Positions 19,404 through 28,868 of a stretch of 64,000 bases of DNA are shown here, in pieces. Numbering within the stretch: position 1 is the stretch's first letter; the number at the start of each line of letters is the position of its first letter. A program made the position numbers and the translations under genes. The notes under the pieces were generated by a model. The model searched no databases. It was given only the letters and a program-made list of their open reading frames with translations, and was not told the DNA's origin. Source of the stretch: Nitrospirota bacterium (GTDB lineage Bacteria > Nitrospirota > UBA9217); the NCBI GenBank assembly GCA_963751455.1, contig CAVVUN010000012.1, positions 320,001-384,000 on the forward strand. Reading direction: 5' to 3'.

Positions 19404-20774
19404 TCACCCCACGACATTATACTCCCGCACGCGAAACCGCGCTCCAAGCTCCTCAGCGATCGTGCGGCAGGCATCAACGTCCACATCCGGAAGCGATACG
19501 ACCGTGGCAGTAACGTCCGGAATATGCTTTTTGGCTTCGCGGATGAAGTCTTTGACCGCCTCGTACGTATCAGGGCCGAATGTGGGCTGACTTATCCTGG
19601 CGTAGATTTCTTTGTTCTGTGCGTTCAGACTGATGCTCACCGCGTCGACCAACCCCGACAGTTCCGGCAGGATATTGCGCTTATAAATCAGGTTCGCGTG
19701 TCCGTTCGTGTCGATACGGACCCTGCCGCCGTTCCGCTTTACCTCGGCGGCAACGGTCTTGACCACATCCAGCCTCAGGAGCGGCTCGCCGTATCCACAG
19801 AATACTATTTCGGCATACCGGCGAGGGTCTCCTATCTCCCTGATCAGGTCTTCGGCAGCCGGCTCCGTTCCGAGGCGGAGGTTGTGACCTTTTACGAAAT
19901 CCGTGTTGTAGCGGACACAGAAGGTGCAGGCAGCCGTGCAGCGGTTCGTGATGTTGAGGTAAAGCGAGTTCCGAATGGGATAGGTTATTCTCCCTGCTTC
20001 GGGGACGGCACCGATCCCGAAGAGCTGCATCGCGTTAAAGGTCGTAATCCTGGCAACATCGTCGACGGAGAGGCCCTTGATCCTTGCAACTTCCTCCGCG
20101 GTATGGCGAACGAACGCAGGCTCATTCCGCCTGCCGCGAACAGGCTGCGGCGCGAGATACGGCGAATCCGTTTCTATCAGCATGTGCTCAATCGGGATCT
20201 GGCGCACCACTTCGCGCAGCGATTCCGCCTTGGGAAAGGTTACGGGGCCGGCGATCGAAATTGAAAAACCCATCTCGATCACCTTTTTCGCCATGGCCGC
20301 GTCCCCCGAGAAGCAGTGCATCACGCCTCCCAGGTCCGGGGACCATTCTTCGGACAGGATCCGGATGGTGTCCTCATGCGCCTCGCGGTCATGGATGATG
20401 ACCGGCAGGTCCAACTCCCGCGCCTCGCGCAGCATGTCGCGGAATTTTATCTTCTGGTCGGACCGCGGCGAATTCTCGTAGTGGTAGTCCAGGCCTATCT
20501 CGCCGTATGCAACCACCTTTTTGTGCTGCGCAAAGTGCCTGATGATGCCGTACGCGGGATGCAGGATGTCTTTGACTTCATGCGGGTGAATGCCGATCGC
20601 GGCGTAAATAAAATCGTATTTCTCGGCCAGGAGAACGGCATCGCGGCTGGACTCCACCGTCGTCCCGATCGTGACGATATACTCTACACCGGCCTCACGG
20701 GCCCGCTGTATCACTTCGTCCCGGTCGTCGTTGAATTCACGCATCTCCAGGTGCGCGTGAGTGTCAATTAACAT
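19404..20774 (-). CDS. tatD: TatD DNase fused to a TatD-associated radical SAM domain
   Basis: DTHAH, GIHPH, GEIGLD and ETDSPY, then YLNITNRCTAACTFC (CxxxCxxC) and FCGYGEP. Confidence 0.93.
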   Translation of the reverse strand: MLIDTHAHLEMREFNDDRDEVIQRAREAGVEYIVTIGTTVESSRDAVLLAEKYDFIYAAIGIHPHEVKDILHPAYGIIRHFAQHKKVVAYGEIGLDYHYENSPRSDQKIKFRDMLREARELDLPVIIHDREAHEDTIRILSEEWSPDLGGVMHCFSGDAAMAKKVIEMGFSISIAGPVTFPKAESLREVVRQIPIEHMLIETDSPYLAPQPVRGRRNEPAFVRHTAEEVARIKGLSVDDVARITTFNAMQLFGIGAVPEAGRITYPIRNSLYLNITNRCTAACTFCVRYNTDFVKGHNLRLGTEPAAEDLIREIGDPRRYAEIVFCGYGEPLLRLDVVKTVAAEVKRNGGRVRIDTNGHANLIYKRNILPELSGLVDAVSISLNAQNKEIYARISQPTFGPDTYEAVKDFIREAKKHIPDVTATVVSLPDVDVDACRTIAEELGARFRVREYNVVG

Positions 20775-20816
20775 GATTTCAACCCGCCTTACAGATCCAA
20801 AAGCAAAAAAAGATCA

Positions 20817-21246
20817 GCCACTGATTATCACTGATAGCACGGATAAAAACGAATTATCCTAACCCGGACAAGCCGGAACCAAAACCGTTGAACCTGAAAA
20901 CGGCATTTGGACGCAGATGAACGCGGATAACCGCGGATCAAACAAAAGAATTTTTAGAGAAATAAATTTACCCGCAGGGTGACTGCTTTTACGATATAAG
21001 AACGTTTTTTTATTCGACCTTATCTGCGTTTATCGATTTTTCTGCGTCCCAAATGCTTTTTTTAGGTTGAACCGCCAAGGCGCAATGGTCGCGAGGAAAG
21101 CTCAAACCAAATACTGGATTTTTAATATCAAAAACGTTTTCCGGTTTCCTCGCGTCCCTCGCGTCTTCGCGGTAAATATTTTCTTGGGTCCTTTTTGAGA
21201 AGATTTTCACTCGTAACTGACTGAATTCATCCGTGTAATCCGTGGC
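20817..21246. mobile_element. Nested stack of four small palindromic elements
   Basis: Outer 9-nt-period hairpin (20817-21246) contains TAACCCGGACAAGCCGGAACC...ACTCGTAAC (20860-21217). That contains the hairpin TTGAACCGCC...CGCGGTAAA (21067-21176), whose left end was hit by a MITE at 20893-21066. Confidence 0.7.
20893..21066. mobile_element. MITE family 1, copy E
   Basis: CCTGAAAA...TTTTAGG ends; perfect TTGAA duplication (20888-20892 / 21067-21071). Confidence 0.82.
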
Positions 21247-21280
21247 AAAAATAAGGATCCTGATTCTATTCCGCATTCCG

Positions 21281-21321
21281 CCTGCGCCCAGCGATACGAG
21301 TGCTTGCGCGAGTGCAGGGTG
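21281..21321 (+). repeat. 41-44 bp mini-element (family 2), copy 1
   Basis: CCTGCGCCCAGCGATACGAGTGCTTGCGCGAGTGCAGGGTG; homologues at 57662-57705 and 52523-52609. Confidence 0.7.
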
Positions 21322-21349
21322 CATCCGCAATAAAGCGCGAAGCGCGTTC

Positions 21350-23359
21350 TTACTTCACTCTGCTTCCCGGCTTTACATCGCGGTCGAACGTGGCAACCCC
21401 GAGCAGCTCTCCGCTGCTCCCGGCCAGGAGCATGCCCTGCGACTCGATCCCCATGAGCTTCGCGGGCTTCAGATTGGCGACCAGCACCACGCTTTTGCCC
21501 AGCAGTTCTTCCGGGGCGTAGCTCTTGCCGATGCCGGCGACCACCTGCCGGGTTTCGGTACCGACATCGACCTTCAGCTTGATCAGCTTCTCGGATTTTT
21601 CCACCCGCTCGGCGGAGAGTATCTTCCCGACGCGCAGATCGACTTTCATGAAATCCTCTATCCCGATAAGCTCGGGCAGCGCCGTCTTCGGCGCCTCCGC
21701 TGCAGCGGTTTTCTCCGGTTCCGGACTCGTTTTCTCCACTTTTTTCTCCTTTGGCTTGCCTTTCTCCGCGGCCGGCGCAGGCCCCTGTTTTCTGTCTTCT
21801 TTTTCTATCCGCGGGAAAAGCTGGGCCCCGGGCTGAATCGAGGAGCCTTCAACGAGTTTTCCCCAGCCTTGCTCCTCGTTCATGCGGCATGAACCAATTA
21901 GTTTAGCCGCCCCTATAGCATTCCATATCTTTTGAGAAGTGGACGGCATGACCGGGTAAAGGAAGAGCGCGATCAACCTGAGCGATTCGGAAAGATTATA
22001 GAGAACACTTCCGAGCCGGGCCATATCATTGTTCTTTGCGAGGGCCCAGGGTGCGTTCTCCTCGACATAGCGGTTCGCGCGGGTGACGAGCGACCATACG
22101 TCCTGGAGGTATTTGGTAAAGGCCAGCGACGACAAGTCCTCGCTAATCCTCGCCGGAATGGATGCAGCAGTTTCCCGCAGCTCCCGGTCAAATGGCTGAT
22201 CCGTACTGCTCCGGGGGATCTTGCCGTCAAAATATTTGCCGATCATCGTCATGACGCGGGACAACAGGTTGCCCAGGTCATTCGCAAGCTCCGTATTGAA
22301 CCGGGTCACAAAGGTCTCGGTCGAGAAATCGCCGTCGAGGCCGAAGGGCACTTCGCGCAGCACAAAATACCGGAACGCGTCGGCGCCGTACGTATCGACA
22401 ACCTCGTTCGGGTCGATGACATTGCCGAGCGACTTGGACATTTTTTTCCCGTCCCTGGTCCACCAGCCATGGGCAAAAATATTGCCGGGTAGCGAAAGGC
22501 CGAGCGCCATCAGCATCGTGGACCAGTAAACAGCATGAGTCGTCAAAATATCTTTTCCGACAAGATGATGGTTCGCAGGCCACCAAAACCGGTCCCTCTG
22601 CATCGGATACTCCGTGCCGGTAACTTCGGGGCTCAGGTATCGGGTTGCGGAATAATAATTTACGAGCGCATCGAACCAGACATACGTGACAAAGTTCCGG
22701 TCAAAAGGTATTTCGATGCCCCATGAAAGCCTTGCCTTGGGGCGACTGATGCACAGGTCGCCCAGTTTCTGGGATTTCAGAAAACCGAGGACTTCGTTGC
22801 GGCGGCTTTCAGGAAGGATATAATTCGGATTATCCATGATATGCTGGACAAGCCGGTTCTGATATTTGCTCATCAGGAAAAAGTAATTGTCTTCGGAGAT
22901 CCGCTCCACCGGCCTTCCGCACTCCGGGCACTTTCCGTCCACGATCTCCTTCTCGGTCCAGAAGCGCTCGTCAGGAGTGCAGTACCAGCCTTCGTAGGTC
23001 CGCCGTTCTATCTCGCCTTTGTCGTAGAGTTTCTGGAGAAGCTCCTGAACGACAAGAATATGCTCAGCATCAGTAGTGCGGATAAAGTTATCGTGTGTTA
23101 TGTCGAGTTTTTTCCACAGCCGCTGGAAATTAACAGTCATGCTGTCGGCATGCGCCATCGGACTGAGCCCCCGCTCCTGGGCGGCTTTTTCGACCTTCTG
23201 GCCGTGCTCATCCGTGCCTGTCAGAAAGAACACCGGGTCGCCCAGCAGACGGTGATAGCGCGCAAGCGTGTCCGCCGCAATCGTGGTGTAGGCGTGGCCG
23301 ATGTGAGGCACGTCGTTAACGTAGTAAATGGGCGTTGTTATGTAGAATTTAGCGGCCAT
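21350..23359 (-). CDS. metG: Methionyl-tRNA synthetase with C-terminal tRNA-binding domain
   Basis: YYVNDVPHIGH, GTDEHG, YVWFDAL, KMSKS and a C-terminal OB fold (ESQGMLL). Confidence 0.98.
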   Translation of the reverse strand: MAAKFYITTPIYYVNDVPHIGHAYTTIAADTLARYHRLLGDPVFFLTGTDEHGQKVEKAAQERGLSPMAHADSMTVNFQRLWKKLDITHDNFIRTTDAEHILVVQELLQKLYDKGEIERRTYEGWYCTPDERFWTEKEIVDGKCPECGRPVERISEDNYFFLMSKYQNRLVQHIMDNPNYILPESRRNEVLGFLKSQKLGDLCISRPKARLSWGIEIPFDRNFVTYVWFDALVNYYSATRYLSPEVTGTEYPMQRDRFWWPANHHLVGKDILTTHAVYWSTMLMALGLSLPGNIFAHGWWTRDGKKMSKSLGNVIDPNEVVDTYGADAFRYFVLREVPFGLDGDFSTETFVTRFNTELANDLGNLLSRVMTMIGKYFDGKIPRSSTDQPFDRELRETAASIPARISEDLSSLAFTKYLQDVWSLVTRANRYVEENAPWALAKNNDMARLGSVLYNLSESLRLIALFLYPVMPSTSQKIWNAIGAAKLIGSCRMNEEQGWGKLVEGSSIQPGAQLFPRIEKEDRKQGPAPAAEKGKPKEKKVEKTSPEPEKTAAAEAPKTALPELIGIEDFMKVDLRVGKILSAERVEKSEKLIKLKVDVGTETRQVVAGIGKSYAPEELLGKSVVLVANLKPAKLMGIESQGMLLAGSSGELLGVATFDRDVKPGSRVK

Positions 23360-23381
23360 GATTTACGGTATAAAATAATTT

Positions 23382-23467
23382 ACCACGAAGGCAGAGTCAG
23401 GAACGCGATTTTTCATGCTGAAGCCGGGTTGTAATATCTGGTTTCGCGGACTTCTGTGCTTCGTGGT
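23382..23467. repeat. Palindromic intergenic element
   Basis: ACCACGAAGGCAGAGTC ... GACTTCTGTGCTTCGTGGT. A half element (23520-23550) and (CTTTGCA)x3 (23564-23584) follow. Confidence 0.55.
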
Positions 23468-23591
23468 CCGATTCCCAAATGTTCAATTTTTATTGGAACA
23501 GGCATTACGTCGTCGCCGGTTCTTCGTGACTTTCGTGCACTCCATGGTCCAATCACAGTTTCACTTTGCACTTTGCACTTTGCAATATGTT

Positions 23592-24893
23592 TTACGTAGT
23601 CGCCGGCGCTCCACCGTTTCCCTGGGGCGGCTTGTTTTCGCCGCCCGGCTGACCCTTCTTCTTTCGCCGCCAGAAACGACGCCTTTTCTTCTTACTACTC
23701 TGCTTCTCGCCTTCCTGCTGCACCTGGGGGGCTTTCTGCTGCTGGGCCTGCTGTCCTTCAACCGCGGGCTGCTGCGGCTCGGCCGGCCGGTCAGGGCGGG
23801 CTTGCATCTTTTTATCCTGGTTCTTCTCCTGCGGGTTCTTTTGCTGATGGCTCTTCTGCTGCTGATTTTTTTCTGGATGGATTTTTTCCAGTTGGTTCTT
23901 TTTCTTCTCCGGCCTTGCGCTGTCTTTCAGCGCTGCTTCTTTCTGTTTGTCATGCCGCTGCTCGTGATGTCTTCGGTCCTCCTGCCGCTTCCTGTCGTCG
24001 GCGGTACGCCGCTCTTCGGCATCCCTGCGTTCCTGGTGAATACGCCGCTCCTCCTCGTCCTTCTTTTCCTTTACGACCGCATCACGCATGTCCGCGACGT
24101 CCTTTTTGATCTGGTCGTACATCTCATATTCATAGGAGAGGCAGCAGAGCAACCTGCCGCATACGCCGGAAATTTTCGCCGGATTCAGCACCATGTCCTG
24201 TTTTTTGGCCATTCTGATCGAGACCGGCTCGAAGTTCTTCAGAAATGACGAGCAGCAGAGTTCCCTCCCGCAGGGACCGAAACCGCCTATCATGCGCGCA
24301 ACGTCCCGCACGCCGATCTGCCGCATTTCGATGCGGCTTTTGAGCTTGAATGCGAGGTCCTTCACCATCTCGCGAAAATCGATCCTCGTCTCCGAAAAGA
24401 AATAGAACGTCGCCCGGGAAGCGTCAAATGAGTATTCCACCCGGATCAGCTTCATCGGCAGCTCGCGCTCCGCGACGATGTCCTGCGCGATCGTGAACGC
24501 TTCCGCTTCACGGACCCGGTTCTTTTCTTCCCTGGCGATATCGTCGCCGGTGGCCTTCCGAAGCACCTTCCGGGACCCTTTCGGCGGATGGATTCTCGAG
24601 GCCGCTTCCGGGGACGCTTTCTTTTCCGCTTCGTCAATATCCATCTCGACGCCGTCGGGTATTTCTTCAACAGGGGCTGCGGCAACGACCGGTTCGTCGG
24701 ATTCCCGGACTTTTCTTACGCGGACGACCTGCGCGATCCCGGCGCCCCGCTCCGAATCGACAATCACCCTGTCGCCGACGCTCAGTTCGATGCCGTTGGA
24801 ATCGAAATCATAGACCTTCCAGTTTTCCCGGAATCGAACTCCCGCGATTTTCTTTTGATTCTCTATTATATGTATATGCGCTGTCTCTTCCAT
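23592..24893 (-). CDS. ricT: RicT/YaaT (PSP1) family protein with a long charged C-terminal tail
   Basis: RIDFRE, RIEMRQIGVRD, GPCGRELCC, KISGVCGRLLCCLSYE; usual position between holB and metG. Confidence 0.9.
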   Translation of the reverse strand: MEETAHIHIIENQKKIAGVRFRENWKVYDFDSNGIELSVGDRVIVDSERGAGIAQVVRVRKVRESDEPVVAAAPVEEIPDGVEMDIDEAEKKASPEAASRIHPPKGSRKVLRKATGDDIAREEKNRVREAEAFTIAQDIVAERELPMKLIRVEYSFDASRATFYFFSETRIDFREMVKDLAFKLKSRIEMRQIGVRDVARMIGGFGPCGRELCCSSFLKNFEPVSIRMAKKQDMVLNPAKISGVCGRLLCCLSYEYEMYDQIKKDVADMRDAVVKEKKDEEERRIHQERRDAEERRTADDRKRQEDRRHHEQRHDKQKEAALKDSARPEKKKNQLEKIHPEKNQQQKSHQQKNPQEKNQDKKMQARPDRPAEPQQPAVEGQQAQQQKAPQVQQEGEKQSSKKKRRRFWRRKKKGQPGGENKPPQGNGGAPATT

Positions 24894-25013
24894 AGTATTT
24901 AGTCGTTTCTAATAGAAATTTCTATTTTTTGCGTCTTCGTCCTTTGTGTGAAAACCTGTCAATATTCGATCGTCTCGCAAAACTCAACATAATCTATAAA
25001 ATCATTGTTTGTA

Positions 25014-25988
25014 TTATCCTCTTCCCAGTTTCAGGAGCAGATTCTCGGCAACGAGTTGAGCGCTGACACGCCTGTCCAGCAGGCGCCTGCTGTTGGTAAA
25101 CAGATCGATTTGCGCGAGCATCCGGCCGAGCGGGATGTGTTCCGTCCACTGCCGGTATGCGTCCGCGCCATCCGGATAAACCAGCAGCTGCTGGTCGCCG
25201 GTTTTTTGAAAGACCATCGCGTCGCGCAGCCGTTCAACGCCGATATCCAGGAACCGTTCGAGCCGCTCCCGGTCCCTTGAGAGCGCCTCGGACTGTACCA
25301 GTATGTCTCCGGGGCTCATTGTTTCCAGCCCGGACCAGAGGGCGGCAAGCTCCGCCCGCGCGGTTTTTTCCTCTGCGGCGTTCATCTCGAGCGCGCGGCC
25401 CATGCTGCCCTGCGCAAGCGCGGCCAGAAACCGGCCGTCTTCCTCGGAAAACCCCCGGCTTACGAGCGCCTTCGCGAGAATATGCCGGGGAAGCGGAAGA
25501 AAAGTCAGCTCCTGGCACCGCGACCTGATGGTCGGCAGCAGGCTCTGGGGCATTGCGCTGACGAGAATTATACAGGCGTCGCCCGGCGGTTCTTCCAGCG
25601 TTTTTAAAAAAGCGTTTGCCGAAGCTGCATTCATGCAGTCGGCGTCATCGACAATCAGGATTTTTTTCGCACCCTGAAAGGGCCTGAGCGAGAGCTCGGC
25701 CTGGACCTGTCTGATCTGGTCAATCTTGATCTCGGCGCCGTCCGGTCCCAGCGTGTGCACGTCCGGGTGGCCGCCAGCGGCGATCATCCTGCACGATGTG
25801 CATTCGCCGCACCCGTCTTCCCCGTGAGGGTTTGCGCAGTTCACGGCAGCGGACAGCGCAAGCGCCGTCATCCTCTTGCCGATGCCCTCGTCACCGGAGA
25901 ACAGGTAGGCATGGGCAAGCGTTTTATTCGCCACCGTCCTCTTCAGGATGCTGATGGGCCGGTCATGACCGATGATAGTGTTGAACAT
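25014..25988 (-). CDS. holB: DNA polymerase III delta' subunit
   Basis: HAYLFSG, CGECTSC zinc module, HPD, ANAFLKTLEEPP, PTIRSRCQ. Confidence 0.96.
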   Translation of the reverse strand: MFNTIIGHDRPISILKRTVANKTLAHAYLFSGDEGIGKRMTALALSAAVNCANPHGEDGCGECTSCRMIAAGGHPDVHTLGPDGAEIKIDQIRQVQAELSLRPFQGAKKILIVDDADCMNAASANAFLKTLEEPPGDACIILVSAMPQSLLPTIRSRCQELTFLPLPRHILAKALVSRGFSEEDGRFLAALAQGSMGRALEMNAAEEKTARAELAALWSGLETMSPGDILVQSEALSRDRERLERFLDIGVERLRDAMVFQKTGDQQLLVYPDGADAYRQWTEHIPLGRMLAQIDLFTNSRRLLDRRVSAQLVAENLLLKLGRG

Positions 25989-26027
25989 AGCGGGTTTAAA
26001 ATTTGATAGATTCGGAAGTCAAGATTT

Positions 26028-26098
26028 GCCACAGAGCACACAGAGAGCACGACGTAAGGCTTTGATTCTCTCTCTGAGTCCTCTGCGACCTCTGTGGC
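26028..26098. repeat. 9-nt-period palindromic element
   Basis: GCCACAGAGCACACAGAGAG ... CTCTGAGTCCTCTGCGACCTCTGTGGC. Confidence 0.65.
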
Positions 26099-26177
26099 TA
26101 AAAAAGACTTTTACGATTTATCAATCATTCTATTCTTCATGTCCTCTGCCTGCGTCCTAAAATTAACAGTAGAATTT

Positions 26178-26837
26178 TTACTTCGTGGCCCGAACGGCGT
26201 CGCCCAGCGCCTCATCAATTATCCTGCGAATGCTCCGCTGTATTTCGTCCGGTGAGAACGAGGCGGGCACAACCCGAAAGCGCCCGGGTTCCTGCCGCGC
26301 CAGCGCAAGATACCCTTCCCGCACGCGCTCATGAAATGCAATGTCTTCGTTCTCGAAACGGGCTTCTGCCTGAAGCCCGCTGGTTTTGTTTCTTCCCCGC
26401 GCACGCAAAAGTCCGGCTGCCGCATCCAGGTCCAGCAGTATCGTCAGATCCGGCCTTAACCCGGCGGTCACCATTCTGTCCAGGGATCCAATCATGCCGA
26501 TGTCCAGGCCCCGGCCATGCCCCTGGTAGGCGAGCGTCGCATCAGAGAAGCGATCGCACAACACGACATCCCCGGCCGACAGCGCCGGTCCTATAAGTTC
26601 TTCAAGATGCTGAGCGCGGGCAGCCGCGTACAGGAGCAGTTCGGCTTTCGGCGCAAGCATCTTGTTGTCCGGATCAAGCAGGATCTTCCTGATCTGGTCT
26701 CCGATGTCGGTACCGCCGGGCTCCCGCGTAAGCGTTACGGCTTTTCGCAGGCCCGTCAGGTAATTGGCGTACAATACGATCTGCGTGGATTTGCCGGATC
26801 CCTCAATTCCCTCGAAGGTGATGAAGACTCCCTTCAT
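26178..26837 (-). CDS. tmk: Thymidylate kinase
   Basis: FITFEGIEGSGKSTQ, TREPGGT, CDRF, AYQG. Confidence 0.97.
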   Translation of the reverse strand: MKGVFITFEGIEGSGKSTQIVLYANYLTGLRKAVTLTREPGGTDIGDQIRKILLDPDNKMLAPKAELLLYAAARAQHLEELIGPALSAGDVVLCDRFSDATLAYQGHGRGLDIGMIGSLDRMVTAGLRPDLTILLDLDAAAGLLRARGRNKTSGLQAEARFENEDIAFHERVREGYLALARQEPGRFRVVPASFSPDEIQRSIRRIIDEALGDAVRATK

Positions 26838-28736
26838 TTATTTGAGTTCTCCCCCGGCGTCACCCGCCGCTTTGAGCGCGGGATTCGAGGTGTACAGGAC
26901 AACCTGGGTCTTGGCGCCTAAAGCCCGGAGGACCTGGCAGGCAGCCTGCTGGCGTACCGGATCAAAACCGGCGAGCGGGTCATCGAGGATGAACGGCAGT
27001 CTCCGTTTTCCCGCCAAGGCTTCGATCAGCCCGGTCCTCAGACAGAAATAAATAACATCCCGCGTGCCGTGGCTCAAGTCTTCGAAATGAACGACGGAGT
27101 CGTCCTTCGCATGAACGACCGGAGATCCTTCATGCCCCGCCTCGACACGAACGTACCTTCCGCCCGTTATCGCCGCCAGGTTTCGCTGCGCGGCAGCCTC
27201 GACAGCTGCGATCAGCGTATCCATCTCTATACCGCCGATGCGGCTCGCGGTGGCGAGCTCGGCCAGAATTCCCGCATGAGCCGCAGCAGGCGGCGCAATA
27301 ACCATGACGTCTTCGGAAAGCTCCGGTCCTGCACCGCGTTCCGGCGCGCCTGTCGCGACGGCCAGTTCCGTTTCCAAACGCTCGATATCCTGCCGGAGGC
27401 TGTAGGCGTCGACTGCATCGTTTGCCAGGGCTGCGGCATTTTTTTCCAGGTCCATTACTTCCTGCTGCATCTGTTCATACCGGGTTTGGAGTTCTTCCCG
27501 GGTGGCATCCCCGAGAATGCGTTCCCTCTGGCCTGTCAGGTCCTCTTGCAGCGATAAGAAATACCGGTAGTTCCCGGCCTTGTCTTCCAGTTCGGACGTC
27601 GTGGAAGACCCGGTTGCCTTCATGCATTCAAGAATGGCTGCTCCACCCTGTTCAAAGCTCTTTTCCGTGCCCGAGAGGTCCGCCTCCAGGATCTTGACCT
27701 CATTGACGATCAGCTTTCGCTGGGCATTTTTCCGCGAGCCGTTATACCACGCGATGGCGATCAGAAACAGGGAAAACAGTATCCCGATCGGAAAATATTC
27801 CGCGGGGATCAAGGTGGGAAGAAACAGTCCGATCGCAAGCGATGCGGCCCCTGCCAGGGCGCCGACGAGAAATAACTTGTCGGACAGGAGTGAGTACACG
27901 GGCATTTCGTCCAGCTGGTTTTGCAGTCCTTCTATCTCCTGGGTCAACTTATCGGTTTCAGCCATTTTCTGGCCCTGGCGCATTTCATGTTCTTTTATAA
28001 GATCGTTCAGGTTTTCGGGAAGCGTCTCGCATCCCTTGAGAGCCGCGAACTGCGACTGGAGGTCTTCCCGCCGCGCCTGTATTTCTTCGAGAGAGTCCAG
28101 CTTCTTTCGCAGTTCCTCGAGCTTCAGTTTGGCGGCATGAGCGCGATAGTCTGCATCGGCCGCTTCCTCCGCCTTCCGGAGCGCTTCCCGACGTTCCGCG
28201 ATCCGGGCCTCGAGTGGTGCGGTTGAGTTTCTTTGCGCCGGCTTCGTCACGACCGGGCGGACGGAAGCAGTAATGGCGCGGTTCACGGACCGCCCGCGCA
28301 ACCCGTTGTAGTGGTCGCGGCGCAGGATAAATAACTTCGTAAACTCCTCTTCGGTAATGCCGGCAGTCAAACTGCCCATGAATTGGATGGTGTTGTCCCA
28401 GTCCTTATACAGGAGACTGAAATCCTTGGTTTCGGGATTGTACTTCGAGAGGTTGACCGCGCATTTCGAGAAGTCCTCGATCACACGGTAATAGGCGCCA
28501 TCGTCGGAGAACGCGACCAGCGCCGCCCGCGAAGCGTCGGGCGTGTATTTCGACAGGAGGCCCGCTGTGACCGCGGGATCGCTGATCGGGAAAAGCAGGC
28601 GGACGATCGTGTCCGCGGACGAAGTCTTTCCCGATTCGTTTCCGGCGGCAATGAAATTGAATCCGCCCTGAAATCTCAGGCGGGAAAGTTCACGGATGCC
28701 GCGCACTCCCTGCATCACAAGCTCCACAAGGAACAT
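26838..28736 (-). CDS. SMC/Rad50/YhaN-like coiled-coil ATPase with two central TM helices
   Basis: Walker A-like GNESGKT, long coiled coils, signature LSHGTRD, Walker B PFILDDP; hydrophobic hairpin in mid-protein. Confidence 0.8.
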   Translation of the reverse strand: MFLVELVMQGVRGIRELSRLRFQGGFNFIAAGNESGKTSSADTIVRLLFPISDPAVTAGLLSKYTPDASRAALVAFSDDGAYYRVIEDFSKCAVNLSKYNPETKDFSLLYKDWDNTIQFMGSLTAGITEEEFTKLFILRRDHYNGLRGRSVNRAITASVRPVVTKPAQRNSTAPLEARIAERREALRKAEEAADADYRAHAAKLKLEELRKKLDSLEEIQARREDLQSQFAALKGCETLPENLNDLIKEHEMRQGQKMAETDKLTQEIEGLQNQLDEMPVYSLLSDKLFLVGALAGAASLAIGLFLPTLIPAEYFPIGILFSLFLIAIAWYNGSRKNAQRKLIVNEVKILEADLSGTEKSFEQGGAAILECMKATGSSTTSELEDKAGNYRYFLSLQEDLTGQRERILGDATREELQTRYEQMQQEVMDLEKNAAALANDAVDAYSLRQDIERLETELAVATGAPERGAGPELSEDVMVIAPPAAAHAGILAELATASRIGGIEMDTLIAAVEAAAQRNLAAITGGRYVRVEAGHEGSPVVHAKDDSVVHFEDLSHGTRDVIYFCLRTGLIEALAGKRRLPFILDDPLAGFDPVRQQAACQVLRALGAKTQVVLYTSNPALKAAGDAGGELK

Positions 28737-28868
28737 AAAGGCCTCCTTTCCTGGTAAATCCGCGAAATCGGAAAGCGCAACTGCAACCGCCGATTAACGG
28801 CTCTGGTAATCGTAACAGCTTGATACTATAGCTCAAGTAGCCGTAAGTTGCAACAGGGAAAACCGTGT

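Noticed and set aside
19194-21246. CRISPR array suggested by short periodic repeats
   Set aside because: The units are 7-10 nt and arranged as inverted arms without unique spacers; there are no cas genes.
23415-24248. 277-aa very hydrophobic ORF resembling a membrane protein
   Set aside because: It is the antisense reading of the K/Q/E-rich RicT tail.
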